A DNA stretch of 64,000 nt, from contig NC_092679.1 in assembly GCF_964355755.1 (NCBI RefSeq), positions 13,809,432 to 13,873,431 on the forward strand. Direction: 5' to 3'. The position numbers and the translations under genes are program-made. Below are positions 38,107 to 52,600 of this stretch, piece after piece. The first letter of the stretch is position 1, and the number at the start of each line of letters is the position of its first letter. The notes under the pieces were generated by a model. It did no database searches, was not told where the DNA came from, and saw only the letters and a list, made by a program, of their open reading frames with translations. This stretch comes from Antedon mediterranea (Eukaryota > Animalia > Echinodermata).

Positions 38107-41100
38107 ATGTTTGACGTTGAACCAAGTGATTCAGTGAGTTGCGTAAGCTCCAAACGCTCATCATCGAGCAGCAGATCTAGGATCCGGGTTAAGGCTGAAG
38201 CTGCAGCATTAAGGGAACGAGCTGCCAGACAGAAAGAAATGCATGACTTGGAAATGCAGGAATTGGTGCTCAAACAAAAGAAGGCTGATGTGGAATTGCA
38301 AATTGAAATCGGGGCAATTGAAGCTGCCGACAAAGTTTACAACGAAGCTGAACAGGACGAGGATGAGGCAGTAGATCGTGAACTCGAAGATCTTTCTCTA
38401 CCAAAGCTTCAAATTGAAACAACCACTCCCAAACTTCCATCAGGAAATCTGCCCGACCAACGATTTGCTCCTGATTATCGAGCAGATTATGTTCCAAAGG
38501 AGGAGACAGAACTGTTAGGGAATCCTATGCTGTGGCAGCCTACACCTCAACCAGCAGTGTTCCAACCATTTAATCTGGATGCTCCTGTATTCCACCAACA
38601 CAAGCAGATCGATGCCATAGATAGACTGGCATCCACAATGATGAGAGCACAAGATAAGCAAAATGAAGCATTGAGACAGATCGTCCAACAACAGCAACAA
38701 AGTGTTACTGCGCTTACCTTGCCTAACCCGTCAATGAAGTTATACAGTGGCAATCCTGCTGAATACTGCGAGTTTGTCACTTCATTCAAACATCTTGTTG
38801 AGAACAAAACTGTGAGCCAGAGTGCAAGACTGCACTACTTGGTACAGTACACGACTGGGGCTGTACAAGAGTTGATGAGAAGCTGTCTATCGATGAGTGA
38901 TGATAAAGGATATGTTGAGGCGAGACGCTTGCTAAAGGAAAGATATGGACAAGCATACAAGATAGCTGCTGCCCACGTTCAACTCTTGCTGGATTGGCCG
39001 ATTATCAAAGTCGAGGATGGCATAGCTCTACAACGCTTCTCTACTCAACTAACAAGCTGTGCAAATACACTTTAGGAAATTGGATACCTTAGCAAGCTAG
39101 ATAATCCAGACAATCTTCGGAAAATCATTGAACGTCTTCCGTATCGACTAAGGCTAAGATGGCGGGAAGTGGTTGACACTATCATCGTAAAGGAAAAGAG
39201 AGATGTAAACATTAAGGATATTACCAAGTTTGTCACCGATAAGGCTAGGGTAGCAACTCATCCAGTCTTTGGTAAAATAGAGCCAGTGAAGTCTACCAAT
39301 TCTCCAAATTCGGATAAATTATCGACCAACCACAAATCTAGCAGTTATGCCGTTCACAATTCTCAGTCAAACACACCTGTAACATCACAACCAACGTGTC
39401 CGCTATGCTGTGAGGACCATTGGCTCTCCAGATGTGAGCAGTTCCGACGGAAGTCACTCAACGACCGATGGAAATGTGTAAATGACAAGAAAATCTGTAT
39501 CAACTGTCTTACAGTTGGACATTTTGTGAAAGATTGTCAAAAGCAAAGTTTCTGCAAAATATCCGGATGCACGAAGAAACACTCAACATATTTACATCCC
39601 AAAGGTGAGACTGCAAGTAATGCTGGTACTGTTGCTGTACAACCAGTTCAGACATCTCCAGCAACCTTCAGTGGTGAACAGGTCAACATGTCGGCATCGA
39701 GAAGCACATCAACCGTTACTGGTCTTGCTGCCGTACCTGTGAGAGTCAAGGCTCCAGGAAGTGCCAAGCTTGTAGAAACCTATGCATTTCTTGATAGTGG
39801 ATCCAACACAACTTTCTGCACCACTGGTCTACTAAAGCAATTAGGGATATCGTCGAATACTGTAGACTTATCATTGACAACCATGAACGGAGTAAATAGA
39901 CCAATCCAGTGTGAACTTACAAAGTTGGAGATTTTGGATTTAAATCATGGACATTCCGTCTTACTTCCAAACGTCTATTCAGTGCAAACCCTACCAATTT
40001 CTACCGATACGATCGCTACTCCAGATGACATCAACAAATGGCCTCACCTAGCTGGGATTAAAGTAGATAAAATAAATGCAGATATTGGTATTCTCATTGG
40101 AAGTGATGTGCCAGAATTGCTACAACCGCTGGAAGTACGCGAATGCCACGATGGTGGTCCATTTGCCACTAGAACAATATTTGGCTGGGTTGTCAACGGC
40201 CCATTGGGAAGGAAGAACTCTGGATCAACACACTGCGCTAACTACATCGATTCACATGAAGAGTTGTCAACACAGTTCTAGGACTACTGTAATCTAGAAT
40301 TCAATGACAGCCTGTACAACCCGAAGGCTGCGATGTCGCAAAATGACAAACAGGCATTGCGAATTATGGAAAAAAGCGCTGTTTTGAAAGATGGACATTA
40401 TGAGATTGCGTTACCATGGAAGTTTTATCCACCAAATCTGAAGACCAACAAAATACAAGCTGAACGCAGACTTCAGTCCCTCAAACGACGTCTAGACAAT
40501 GATCCAATTGTATTTGAGAAATATCGCATGTTCATGAACGACTTGGTAAGAAAGGGCTATGCTGATAAGGTGGAAGTTAATGGTTCGGTACCTGAAGGAT
40601 GGTACTTACCACATCACCCAGTATTTCATCCTCAAAAACCTGACAAGGTACGTGTTGTTTTTGACTGTTCGGCGAGATATGGAGGCACATCATTAAACGA
40701 CCAGCTTCTACAGGGGCCGGACCTTACTAACACACTAGTCGGGGTACTAACCCGTTTCCGGCGAGAACAAATCGCTTTCATGGCGGACATTGAATCGATG
40801 TATTACCAGGTACGAGTACGAAAAAATGATTCAGACTACCTTAAATACCTCTGGTGGCCAGATGGCAATACCGAGAAGCAGCCTGAAGAGTACAAGATGA
40901 TGGTTCATCTGTTTGGGGGTGTGTCATCTCCCAGCTGCGCCAACTATGCACTAAAACGTAATGCAGAAGACAACCGAGATGACTTTGATGCAGAGACAAT
41001 CAAAACAGCGAAGGAAAGCTTTTATGTGGATGATTGTCTTCATTCTGTAAAGACAGAGCCAGAAGCCAAACAACTGATCAAACAACTTCAGGAACTACTA

Positions 41101-43665
41101 AACCAGGGCGGGTTCCGTCTGACAAAGTGGACGTCAAATTCAATAAATGTTATTGAATCAGTTCCGGATGCCGAAAGGGCAAAATCGGTGAAGGACTTGG
41201 ATCTGAACTTCGGTGGCATGATGTTAACTGAACGAGCATTAGGTGTCAAATGGAGCCTGTCAACTGACACATTTGGTTATAGTATCAACAAGAAAGAACG
41301 TCCAGCGACAAGACGTGGAATGTTATCAATAACAAGTTCGGTGTACGATCCACTTGGATTTGTCGGTCCATGCATCTTGCCTGCAAAGGCCATTCAACAA
41401 GAACTGTGCCAAAAGGGTTTAGGATGGGATGACAAGATTCCAGATGCTTGCAAAGCAAGGTGGGAGGATTGGCTCCAGGATCTTCCTAAGCTGGAGCAGT
41501 TCAGCATTCCAAGATGCTTCAAGCCTCTAAACTTTGAAAATATAGTTAAACGAGAACTACATCACTTCTCAGATGCTTCAAGTCATGGATATGGTGCAGT
41601 ATCTTATCTTCGACAAATCAATGTAAATGGAGACATCAGTTGTGCTATTGTGATGGCAAAATCCAGGTTAGCTCCTCTCAAGACGATGACTATACCAAGA
41701 ATGGAGTTATCGGCAGCTGTTGTTTCCACACGATTAGACAAAATGATTAAACAAGAACTGCAAACACCTATTGATAGTTGTACGTTTTGGACGGATAGCA
41801 CATGTGTTCTACGCTATTTAGAAAACAAGGAAACACGATTTCAGACGTTTGTAGCTAATCGAGTCACAACCATACTTGATCAAAGTGACGCAAGTCAATG
41901 GAGATTTGTGGATGGGTTACATAACCCTGCAGATGAAGCATCAAGAGGTATGACAGTAAATGAATTACTGATCAATCAACATTGGAAGGAAGGTCCAGAA
42001 TTCCTAAAGCAACCTGAGAGGACATGGCCACAAAGACCAGCAAACATGGGTGAAATCCCACAAGATGACCCAGAGGTAAAGGCAAAATCCACAGTCTGTG
42101 CTACTGGTATAAATGTAATTGACTCGATTTCATCAGTCATTAACTACTACTCATCATGGGAGAAGTTGAAGAAGTCGTTTGCATGGATTTTGAGGTACAA
42201 AGAAAAGTTACGAGAAGTGGTTCGCAGGCGTAAGGCTGGAGACGATGTTTCATTTAATAGAAATGACACAGTTGATCCAATCAATGTTTTGGAGATGAAA
42301 GGTGCTGAAATTGCTATCACGAAGCATGTACAGAAATGCTTTGAAGACGAGCAAGTTTGCCTGAAGCATGTAAGCCTATCTCAACCCTGCAATACCAAAA
42401 AGCAACGAGCACTACCAAAATCCAGCAAGATCTACAAACTCGATCCCATCTTAAGTGAGGGAGTGATCAGAGTAGGGGGCCGTCTTCAAAATTCACCTAT
42501 CAACGGTGACATGAAACATCAGATAATCCTACCAAAGAATCACCACATAGTGAAGCTCATTACTACATACTATCACCATTTATCAGGACACAGTGGACTA
42601 AAATACACACTGTCCCTAGTTCGACAGAAGTTCTGGCCGATTGATGCACGTACTGCAGTGAAGAAAGTTCTAAACGAGTGTTTCAGCTGTAAGAGACGCC
42701 AATCATCAGTTGGGAAACAAAAAATGGCTTCACTTCCGCAAGACCGAGTAACACCTTCGAAGCCACCGTTCACGTACGTTGGTGTTGACTGCTTCGGCCC
42801 ATTCGAAGTAAAAAGGGGGAGGTCAAATGTGAAGAGATATGGTGTCCTTTTCACGTGTCTCACTGTACGAGCAATCCACATCGAAGTTTCAAACTCACTT
42901 GACACGGAGTCATTCATGAATGCTATGAGAAGATTCATAGCACGAAGAGGACAGCCAGAAGAGATTCGATCAGATAATGGAGGAAACTTCAAAAAGGGAG
43001 AGAAGGAACTGAATAAGGCAATTAAAGAGTGGAATCACGGACAAATCCATGAATTCTTGTTGCAACGAAATGTGAAATGGTTATTCAATCCACCAATGGG
43101 ATCTCATCATGGAGGAGTATGGGAGCGCTGTATTCGGACAGTGAGGAAAGTCATGATGGCTGTGCTGAAACAACAAGCGCTTGATGATGAAGGCCTAAAC
43201 ACTTTAATGTGTGAAGCAGAGGCTATTGTTAATGGTCGGCCGATTACTAAGATATCGGATGACCCTCGTGACATGACGCCTTTAACTCCGAATCATTTAC
43301 TGCTGTTGCGAGGAGGGAACAGCTTACCTCCTGGTAACTTTTCAAAGGAGGATATGTATCGTCGACGATGGAAACAAGTACAGTACTTATCAAATGTGTT
43401 CTGGCGACGATGGGTACGGGAGTATTTACCGTCACTGCAACAAAGACAAAAATGGAATGTGCAAAAGAGAAACTTTGCTGTAGACGATGTTGTGCTTGTT
43501 CTTGACGAAAACACACCACGAAGTTCATGGCCATTGGGAAGAGTTCTTGAAGTGTACAGCAACCAAAAGGATGGACTTGTACGGTCAGTGAAAGTAAAGA
43601 CAAACACATCAACGCTTGTGAGACCAATTGACAAACTGGTCCTTCTTGAGAATGCGACCAACTAA
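38107..43665 (+). CDS. BEL/Pao gag-pol polyprotein; single frame interrupted by TAGs at 39073-39075 and 40279-40281
   Basis: Three track ORFs in one frame. Three Cys/His knuckles, protease FLDSGS, RT FYVDD, RNase H FSDAS, integrase HHCC plus VDCFGP/SDNG/WER. Confidence 0.93.
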
Positions 43666-43829
43666 TTGGAAATATGAACTTTTGAACATTACAGATTGTT
43701 CTTCTGCGTTTTATAAGATCCAATTTTGGAATTTATCTTTTCCTTATAAATTTTAACAATATTAGGTTTTTGTTGACATGTTTCTTTTTATGTAAAGGCT
43801 ATCCATACGGTGCCTTTAAGGGGCCGGAA

Positions 43830-44510
43830 TGTTAACTTTGAAATGTATAATGTCGCCCTCTATTTCATGTTTGGGGAGCAAGAGGGCAGACTTGCTCAGA
43901 GTTGTGCTTTGGGCAAGGATAGTTCATAGCCTAGATAAATACACTGATAGTTAAAAATATGTACTGTAATCTATAGGTTCTGGTGAAGAAACAGATGTAA
44001 GTTTATGAGGCTTTATATTTAGATAATATAATCTTTTGTATCATTTAACTGTAGCCTACTAGATAATTACAAATTACTGACTCAATTATACTATAATCTA
44101 GGCCTAGGCCTAGGCTAGGCCTACTGTTAAATTGAAGTAATGATGGTAATACAGTAATGATGAATCGATCATTTTCTATAAATCTAGTTTAATATGATTG
44201 TTGAGCTATTTAGCTTAGATGTTCCAATTGTTATACCAATTGATTATTTGATTACAATGACGGCTTTAATTATCCATTAATTTACAGTTTAAACCGTTCG
44301 ATCTATCGTTCGTTCCACTGCTGTGTGTTCGTTCAACATCTATTCATTTTGTGCTCAACCAATTGTTCGACCATTCAACCAATCGTTTTACCAATTTGTC
44401 AAATCGTTCGTTTCATTGCCGTGTTGAATAAACATTATTTATATCTATACCTTTGTGAACGCGTTTAATTCGTTTTGACTCCCAGAACCGCACGTGACGT
44501 CAAGGTTACA
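43830..44510 (+). repeat. 3' LTR of the BEL element
   Basis: Near-identical direct repeat of 37383-38063. Confidence 0.95.
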
Positions 44511-44511
44511 A

Positions 44512-45430
44512 TCTATAATTATATAAATTTACGTAAGGGCAAAATTCGGTAAATCACGCGTTATTTCTAGAATGTTTACTCGATGGTATATAAAGTTGAT
44601 TAGAATCTCGGTACTGATTTAAACCACCAGATGTAACCATGTTTACTAATTAAATTGAGTTAGATAATTAGTTATTGACAATTAAAACGAATTTAGGTTT
44701 AACGATTTGCCCCAAATAGGGGTGTTTTCCGACCGTAGTATATACTGTCTAATGGATGTCCTCTTAAAAAATACCTGCACACAATAATACGAGGATGATA
44801 AATCACGCGTTAATTCTAGAATGTTTACTCGATGGTATATATAGTTGGTACGTACTTTCGATACTGATTTTAACCATCTGATGTAACCCTGTTTACTAAT
44901 TAAATTGAGTTAGATAATTAGTTATTGACAATACCCGCATACAATAATACGAGGATGATTCACATTTTCCTATCTCCTCCTACGATAATTGTTTTTAATG
45001 GCTGAAAACGGGTTGAACAGCTCGAGTACAGTATCATAATGTTGAAGACAGGCCGATTTTCTATTTTGATAGATTTAATATACGTTTATACAGTACAAAT
45101 GTACTGATTTGCAATGAATGGAACATTCCAAATTAGTTGGTTTAAACATGCTTGCATACCTCCATGGTTTAACACAAGTAGGTAAATTTATGGGCAATTA
45201 GAGAATAAACATAAATAGTATTGTAATGCTATAGGTATTAACCACTTTTGATCGCCATTTGAATCGCAAATTTCTTATTGTGTGTCTTGATAGGCCTACT
45301 GTTAGATATAATATAAACAAATATACTAATAAACTTTATTACTGTGACTGTGGGGGTAGTCTCTACTTTTGGATTATAAATATATAATAATAATAATACT
45401 TTATTACTGAAAGTTGCTTCTCCACGTTTG
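44512..45430 (+). mobile_element. Helitron-like non-autonomous repeat (copy 1; copy 2 at ~59052-59835)
   Basis: Both copies start A|TCTATA..ATAAATTTACGTAAGGGCAAAATTCGG and align for ~800 bp; 3' CTRR end not pinned down. Confidence 0.55.
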
Positions 45431-45560
45431 TACCTAGTTAAGCTTAGCCTAACTGGTAGGCTCACTGCTCTGTAGGCGCCTAGTGTACGAGGGTACTGTG
45501 AAGTGTAATCAGCCTAGCCTAGTAGGCTTGGTCTAGTCCTGATGACTTTTACATTGCTTA

Positions 45561-48500
45561 TAGTCCAGAATGGAATGAAATGTAGCGATATGATATGATT
45601 GTAGAATACACATCACTGAATCCAAAAAGTATTTTCTCCATTTTTTTTTTCATACGCAAGGGGGGTTGGCAGCCATTTCAAAATGGCCGCCATTTTGGAC
45701 AAAATATTGTAAGTATATGGCATTAAAAGATGTTATCGAGATAGAAATTCAATCATAAAAGTAACAATAAATGTTCAAATAATATTTCACATAATTTTTG
45801 TAACTGAACAAGCCAAAATGGCCGCCATTATGCCCAAAATGGCTGCCATTTTATCCAATATGGCCATCATTTTATCTAAAATGGCCACATATATCAATCA
45901 AATATTTCTTTCAACTTTTATTCACATATATTTGGTAAAAATTAGATATGTTGTAGAATAGACATCACTGAATCCAAAAAGTATTTGCTCCATTTTTTTT
46001 TCATACGCAAGGAGGATTGGCAGCCATTTAAAAATGGCCCCAATTTTGGACAAAATTGTTTCAAATATTGTAAGTTTATGACATTTAAAGATGTTATCGA
46101 GATAGAAATTCAATCATAAAAGTAACAATAAATGTTCAAATAATATTTCATATTTGTGTAACAGAAAAAGCCAAAATGGCAGACATTTCAACCAAAATGG
46201 CCGCCATTTTATCCAACATGGCCGCCATTTTTATCTGAAATGGCTACATAATCAAACTGTTTTTTTTAACTTTAATTAAATACATAGGCTATAACATAAT
46301 GATATTTGTGTTTAATTACTTTAATTATTCGTCGTCATTTTAGCCATCACTATCACTGTCCGAATCGGATGTAGACAACAATGGTCATATGTTGATTTGA
46401 TTTGAATTCATTTGGAAAATCATCATAAAAAATACATACAAAGTGATAACATACATTACGGACATTACAAATAATACATTTATAAAAGATTTTCCAGGAT
46501 AGCCCAAAAAGCTTATCAGCTTATTTCCATTGGGATCCTTTACAATCTAAAATAAAAACATTACAAAATATTGCATTAAACACGTAAATATAACAAAAAC
46601 AATAATATAAAAAACAAGTTAAATTAAAGACTATGATTGACTTATATAGTTATTTGGTAGAACAGAAATGTGATTTAACATTTTTCTTAAAATTAAATTT
46701 GTTTTCTATTTGCTGAATGGAATGAGGTAGGTTATTCCATGCCTTTATGCCTGTATAATAAAACGTAGATATTTGACTATCAGATTTAGGAACTGAAAAT
46801 CCATTGACCTTACTTCTAGTCATATAATGGTGGTTAGACGAAACTCTTTTAAACTTTTCAGTTAAATAAGGTACTGATTTTCCATAAAAAATCTTATGAA
46901 CATGATTAAGTTTGAGTTGGCAAATTCTATCCTCTAGACATAATTGACCGATTTGGTTCAGTTCGTCTTTACCAATATGTGCACGATCATTTTTATTTAA
47001 TATAAACCTAGCAACTTTATTTTGACTGGTTTGAAGTCTGTTATTCACGTCTGCTTCGCATTTACACATCTCGGTACATTATAGATCCATATATTGGCCT
47101 GGAGATGTGCACGTAGTATGTGCTGGTGCAACGCTCCAGAAGTTGGTGGCAATTTTTCCACACCTTGATTATTTGGCAGTGTTTTGAACCGCTGACACCC
47201 TTTTAGTTCCAAGAAGACTGCACAGAAACTTCTCACATCCTGCCTTCCCATTGAAAGATGGCATATTGTCTTTTCCGAGTTTGACTAGAGCTTCTATGAT
47301 GTGAGGAGGTGACTTCATATACAATCTTAAAAGCTGTTTTTTTCCTGTGACCCGTAACACCACATCCAGTGATAGCATAGAAACCTGGTAGTCCGGCTGC
47401 CTTTTCTGGTCCAAGGTGATCGTATATTGGTTGAAGAGTAATTCTTCTTCCTGTTTCAGCTGTGCCTGAGTGTTAAAATTCCAGTATTTTCCCCCAACTG
47501 TTGTAGGCGCCTTAGAATTAAAACAAACCAGTCGGTATCTTGCGTGAAGAAGTCGACTTCATTTCCTGGTGTAGATGCTATTTCAATGCCATGAGGGATC
47601 ATTAGTGTGTCTACCTCTTCTTGGGTGCTCACGTGACTGTTACAATAGAATGATTAATATCACCTCAGCCTGTGAATCACTATCTCATCATCGATGGAAT
47701 GGCAGTTGTTCAAACTCTTATGAATGTTCAGACTTTTACCACCTGCAAAGATTTTGTGGAGGCATTTGTAGCCTGCATAGATTCTCTACTTAACAAATAC
47801 ATTTATGTTGGTGGACGTGTTGTCTTTGACAATTATGAGAAGACACTTTCGCTTAAAGACAATATCCGATATCATTCATCTCCTCCTAACATTGTAGAAA
47901 TTATTGTGGAAGATTCCACACTGATTAAAAACAAAGCAATATTCTTGTCAAGCAACACGACAAAAGATCAACTCACAATTTATCTTGCCGACAAATCAGT
48001 ACGAAATTGTAAACATCCTATTGTAACAGTCATGCGACAAGATGAACACAAACACACCTGAACATTCCCCAACACCACCTGTGAGCACCCAAAGAAGAGG
48101 TAGATATACTAATGATCCCTCATGGTATTGAAGTAGCATCTACACCAGGAAATGAAGTCGACTTATTTGTTTTAATTTGAAGGCGCCTACAACAGTTAGG
48201 GAAAAATTCTGGTATTTTAACAGGCACAGCTGAAACAAGAAGAATTGCTCTTTAATCAATATACGATCCCTTGGACCGGAAAAGGCAGCCAGACTACCAG
48301 GTTTCCATGCTATCACTGGATGTACACAGGAAAAAACAGCTTTTAAGATGTATATGAAGTCATCTCCTCATATCATAGAAGCGTTAGTCAAACTCGGAGA
48401 AGACAATGTGCGATCTTTCAATGTGAGGGCAGGATGCGAGGAGTTTCTGTGCGGTCTTATTGAAACTAAAAGGGTGTCAGCCAAAGATTCATCAACCCTG

Positions 48501-49652
48501 AGATGGAAAAAACGGTTCAAAACACTGCCAAATAATCAAGGTGTGGAAAAATTGCCACCAACGTCTGGAGCGTTGCACCAGCACATACTACGTGCACATC
48601 TCCAGGCCAATATATATATGGAGCCATGTAACTATTGATCCAATAATTCCTGATCCATGCCAAAACTTGGCTGGTTTATAGAGAACGGTAAACTAAGACC
48701 AGTATTATACGAGAAGCAAACTGCTCCAGAAGCAGTTGTGGAGCTAATACGGTGTTCATGTTTAAGTACATGTTCCCATAATACATGCACGTGCAAGAAA
48801 AACAATCTACAATATACCGAGATGTGTAAATGCGAAACAGACGAGAATAACTGTCACAATATATGACCATTGTTGTCTACATCCGATTCGGACAGTGATA
48901 ACGAAAGTGACGACGAATAAGTAAAGTAATTAAACACAAATATTATTATGTTGTTATGTTGGTTCCTTTATAGCCCATGTATTTAATCAAAGTTAAAGAA
49001 AAAACAATTTTATTATGTGGCCATTTCAGATAAAAATGACGGCCATGTTGGATAAAATGGAGACCATTTTGGTTGAAATGTCAGCCATTGTTCTGTTACA
49101 CAAATGATGTGAAATATTATTTGAACATTTATTGTTACTTATATGACTTAATTTCCATCTCAATAAAACCCCTCTTGCCAACCCCCCTTGCCTATAAACA
49201 CAAAATGGAGAAAATACTTTTTGGATTCAGTGATGTCTATTCTACAACATATCCAATTGTAAATATAGGTGAATAAAAAAATATTTGATTGATATATGTG
49301 GCAATTTTAGATAAAATGGTAGCCATATTGGCTAAAATGACAGCCATTTTGGGCATAATAGCGGCCATTTTGACTTGTTCAGTTACAAAAATGATGTGAA
49401 ATATTATGTGAACATTTATTGTTACTTTTATGATTGAATTTCTATCTCGATAACATCTTTTAATGCCATATATACTTACAATATTTTGTCCAAAATGGCG
49501 GCCATTTTGAAATGGCTGCCAACCCCCCTTGCGTATGAAAAAAAAAATGGAGCAAATAATTTTTGGATTCAGTGATGTCTATTCTACAACATATCCAAAT
49601 TTTATCAAATATAGCAAAAAAAAAATGCAACTTTCCAAAATATCCTAGACTA
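45561..49652. mobile_element. Academ(X)-derived palindromic non-autonomous element
   Basis: TAGTC...GACTA termini with TTA TSD at 45558-45560 and 49653-49655. XPG/PIN-like remnants (IIDGMAVVQ, VVFDNY, LPPTSGALHQHILRAHLQA) and a Cys-rich tail (CSCLSTCSHNTCTCKK..CKC). Arms are inverted, with repeated AAAATGGCCGCCAT motifs. Confidence 0.75.
46393..47040 (-). mobile_element. 5'-truncated LINE 3' end inserted in the left Academ arm
   Basis: RLQTSQNKVARFIL..GIKAWNNLP RT C-terminus and (ATCAA)n tail; absent from the right arm. Confidence 0.8.
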
Positions 49653-52600
49653 TTAGCCTAGATTTCCGCATGAATACATTGTTTTTATTGTTATTCATTA
49701 TTATTGTATTCCTAAATGGGATCAGGTGCCGTTTTCGGCCACCTCGACTTGTATGGACTATTCCATTATAAAAAGATGGAAAAATAGGGGTGTCCAATTT
49801 ATTCATTTTTAGTGTGCTGATTTGTTAACATACTGCTGCTTTTGTTTTTTTGTTTAGTGCATTATGTTTCAGCAACAAAAGGAAAACAATTACGCCCTGC
49901 ATGCTGCAGAATTTATTGCAGTTTTTCAAGTTAATAGGCATGCTGCAGAATTTATTGCAGTTTTTAAGTTAATACAATATAAAATATATTATATATCAAT
50001 TATGGCTCTCTTTCTATATCATTTTTAAGGTATTTCTTCCCTAATACGGATATTAGGTCGATAATTTTTTAACTGATTTATTATTTCTGTATCTACAATC
50101 GTTTTATTTATTTACATTTAACATTAAATGTATCAGGTCAGCAAAACTAAAATACATATCATTTATGTCAATTAATCTATTACCATTTTGTTTCTGTATC
50201 TACAATCGTTTCATTTATTTACATTAACAAGTAGGCCTAGTCGTAATGTACTATAGTATTATAGTACAGTAAACAAGGTGATCATTAAAACAAAATACAT
50301 AGTATGTCAATGAATCTGTTCCTATGTTGTTTCTGTATCTACAATCGTGTTTATTTACATTTAACAGTAAATGTAAAACCACATACGATTAACAACACCT
50401 TTGTTTATTTAAGTTCTATATACTTGTTCTTATGTAAAAGGGTCCTACAAAAAAAACACGAAGCTACAGCTTTTTTATGCAGGATCCCTGTTCTCAGTTG
50501 TACTGTAATTATGATGTACTGTAATTGATGACTAAATAAATGTGGAATAAACAATTATAGTAGTTTACCATTTCGTTAAAATTGCGCCGATTGCAATGTC
50601 TCATATCACCATGTCAACAAGTTCCTTTGTGCAAAAATGCGCGATGTTCAAAGCACATCTTGTGAATAAGGTGTTACGGTACGCAAAAGCACAGTACGTG
50701 TGGAGCGGCTATCCGTTTGTGGATGAAGAAAACAATGAAATAAAAACTCTCTTTTACACACAACACAAATAGGTTAAGCTTCCAAGTTTATTCAGAGTAT
50801 ACATATTTAACAATACATAATATTTATTTCTACTGATCCTGTACAAGCAATGCTAAAAACCACTAAAGCTTAATAATAAACTACATTTTGGCCTCTTGGG
50901 GGCTACCACTCATATGACATCGCTGTATGAAAGGTCCAGTGTGTTGTCACAGGAGCCAGTAAATCAAATGGTTGTTATTAAGTATATCGGTAAGGATGTA
51001 AGTGACATCCGTTAGGTAAGTTGTGGAATTTGGGGGCAAAATAATTCCCCAGAATTATACCAGCCAAATTAGCGAATAACATGAGTAACATATGAGTAGC
51101 GCCTGTGTTGAGTTAGGTGTTGGATGATGCCGGGGGATGGCTGGGTGGGAAAGATTGAAAAGTTTGTACAACTATCGAACGGCTAATTTAACAATGAAGT
51201 GTGCTAGTATGCATCTTAGTAAACAACTGAAAACACACTGAATTCCCATTGGTTGCCAATTAGAAATTAGCCTATCCTACATTTTTGTGGTTCCACTATT
51301 AGATATACCCGTTGGTCTATAGAAATACATTGTCAATTACTGTGGTTGGAACTTTGATAAAGTGTCTCCCTTGACTAACATTCCGTTTTAATTACCTGTA
51401 AAAACAATATACCATTCATCCTAACACTTCTATTACTCTGAAATCTACCCACATTTATATACCACATCCTTAGTTAAAAGAAAGTACTTGTGTTGTGTAT
51501 AAACTATAATTTATTACTTTAAATTTCCTTATAAATTTTGATTACTATTACTTTATTCGAAAGCTATACACCACCAAATATATAAATATGCAGACATGAT
51601 CTAGCCCAGTTAAGGTTTTAGTTGATTATCGTTGATTTAATTGTATTTTGCAGGTTACGGTTCAAGTAATTTAATTGAAGAATTTGTAAACAAAATGGCG
51701 GCGGCCAGCTCACTTTACTGCAGACTAAGTTAATTTTTCTGTGTATTTTATGCAAGTAGGCCTAGTACATTTTCATTAAAAATAAAAGATTTTGAAATAA
51801 TATTTTAGAATAGAATAGTACATGGTAGGCCTATTGAATTATAAACAAAACGAAAATAATAAACATTTGTGTTAATTTGAATCAATTTTGTACCTCTGTA
51901 AATTTATGTTTAATTTTGATCAATAAAAAAATCATGTGATTTCTTAAATATTTTTTTCTATTTTGTTTCTGTTTTTTGAGGAAAACCAACTTAAATCGAC
52001 ATTTTGATGTAACCAGATTACCCAAAATAGTTGGGTGCTACTTTGCTGCCACCAAAAACTGGTTAAAAAAAATTCATCAAAAGTTTGGTATTGTAACCCA
52101 AAATACCCGGGTAAGCTTTAAACTTTTCCACTTTCCCAAAGGTGGAAATCAAAGTTTATCCCACTAATTGGTGGCAGCCTGGTGACACCCACTTTATGGG
52201 GTAAACCAAGCATATATTTTTTACAGTGTATTGTTCAAATTTATTCAACATCCTCAGTGCGGCACGGCGGAATAGTTCCCATACCAAATAACATTATACT
52301 GTATATAATAATTCTTACCATTTATATCAACATTTTTTGTACTTCTTATTTGTACATTTATTGATATTCTTGTTCACGATACATTTTTAATTTCAACTGT
52401 GATTATGGATATTCTACATTTTTATATTAACAATACCGCCATAACATTAATTTTCCCTTTCCACTCTAGAATAATTTATCAAATGTATATACTGTCGAAA
52501 ATGTTATTCAACTTAAGCCAACTTAAAATATATAATAAGATCCATACTTTCCACAAAAAAAAAACCCTTTTTATAATTCACTATATTCATCAATATCTAA

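Larger units (their letters stand above)
37383..44510 (+). mobile_element. Full-length BEL/Pao LTR retrotransposon, very recent insertion
   Basis: 681-bp LTRs with TG..CA ends; TSD ATCTA at 37378-37382 and 44511-44515; purine-rich tract AAGGGGCCGGAA before the 3' LTR; gag-PR-RT-RH-IN order. Confidence 0.97.

Noticed and set aside
41088-43723. Antisense ORFs within the BEL pol region
   Set aside because: Shadows of the sense coding frame with no recognisable motifs
45538-45560. Other CTGATGA matches (also ~35146 and ~57226) as hammerheads
   Set aside because: No stem II followed by GAAA and no stem III
46650-47069. 139-aa ORF as a novel gene
   Set aside because: Chance in-frame fusion of the Academ Cys-tail remnant with an inserted LINE 3' fragment
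51230-52228. Possible CACTG-ended (CMC/EnSpm-like) element ending TTTTTACAGTG
   Set aside because: No convincing matching left terminus or TSD found
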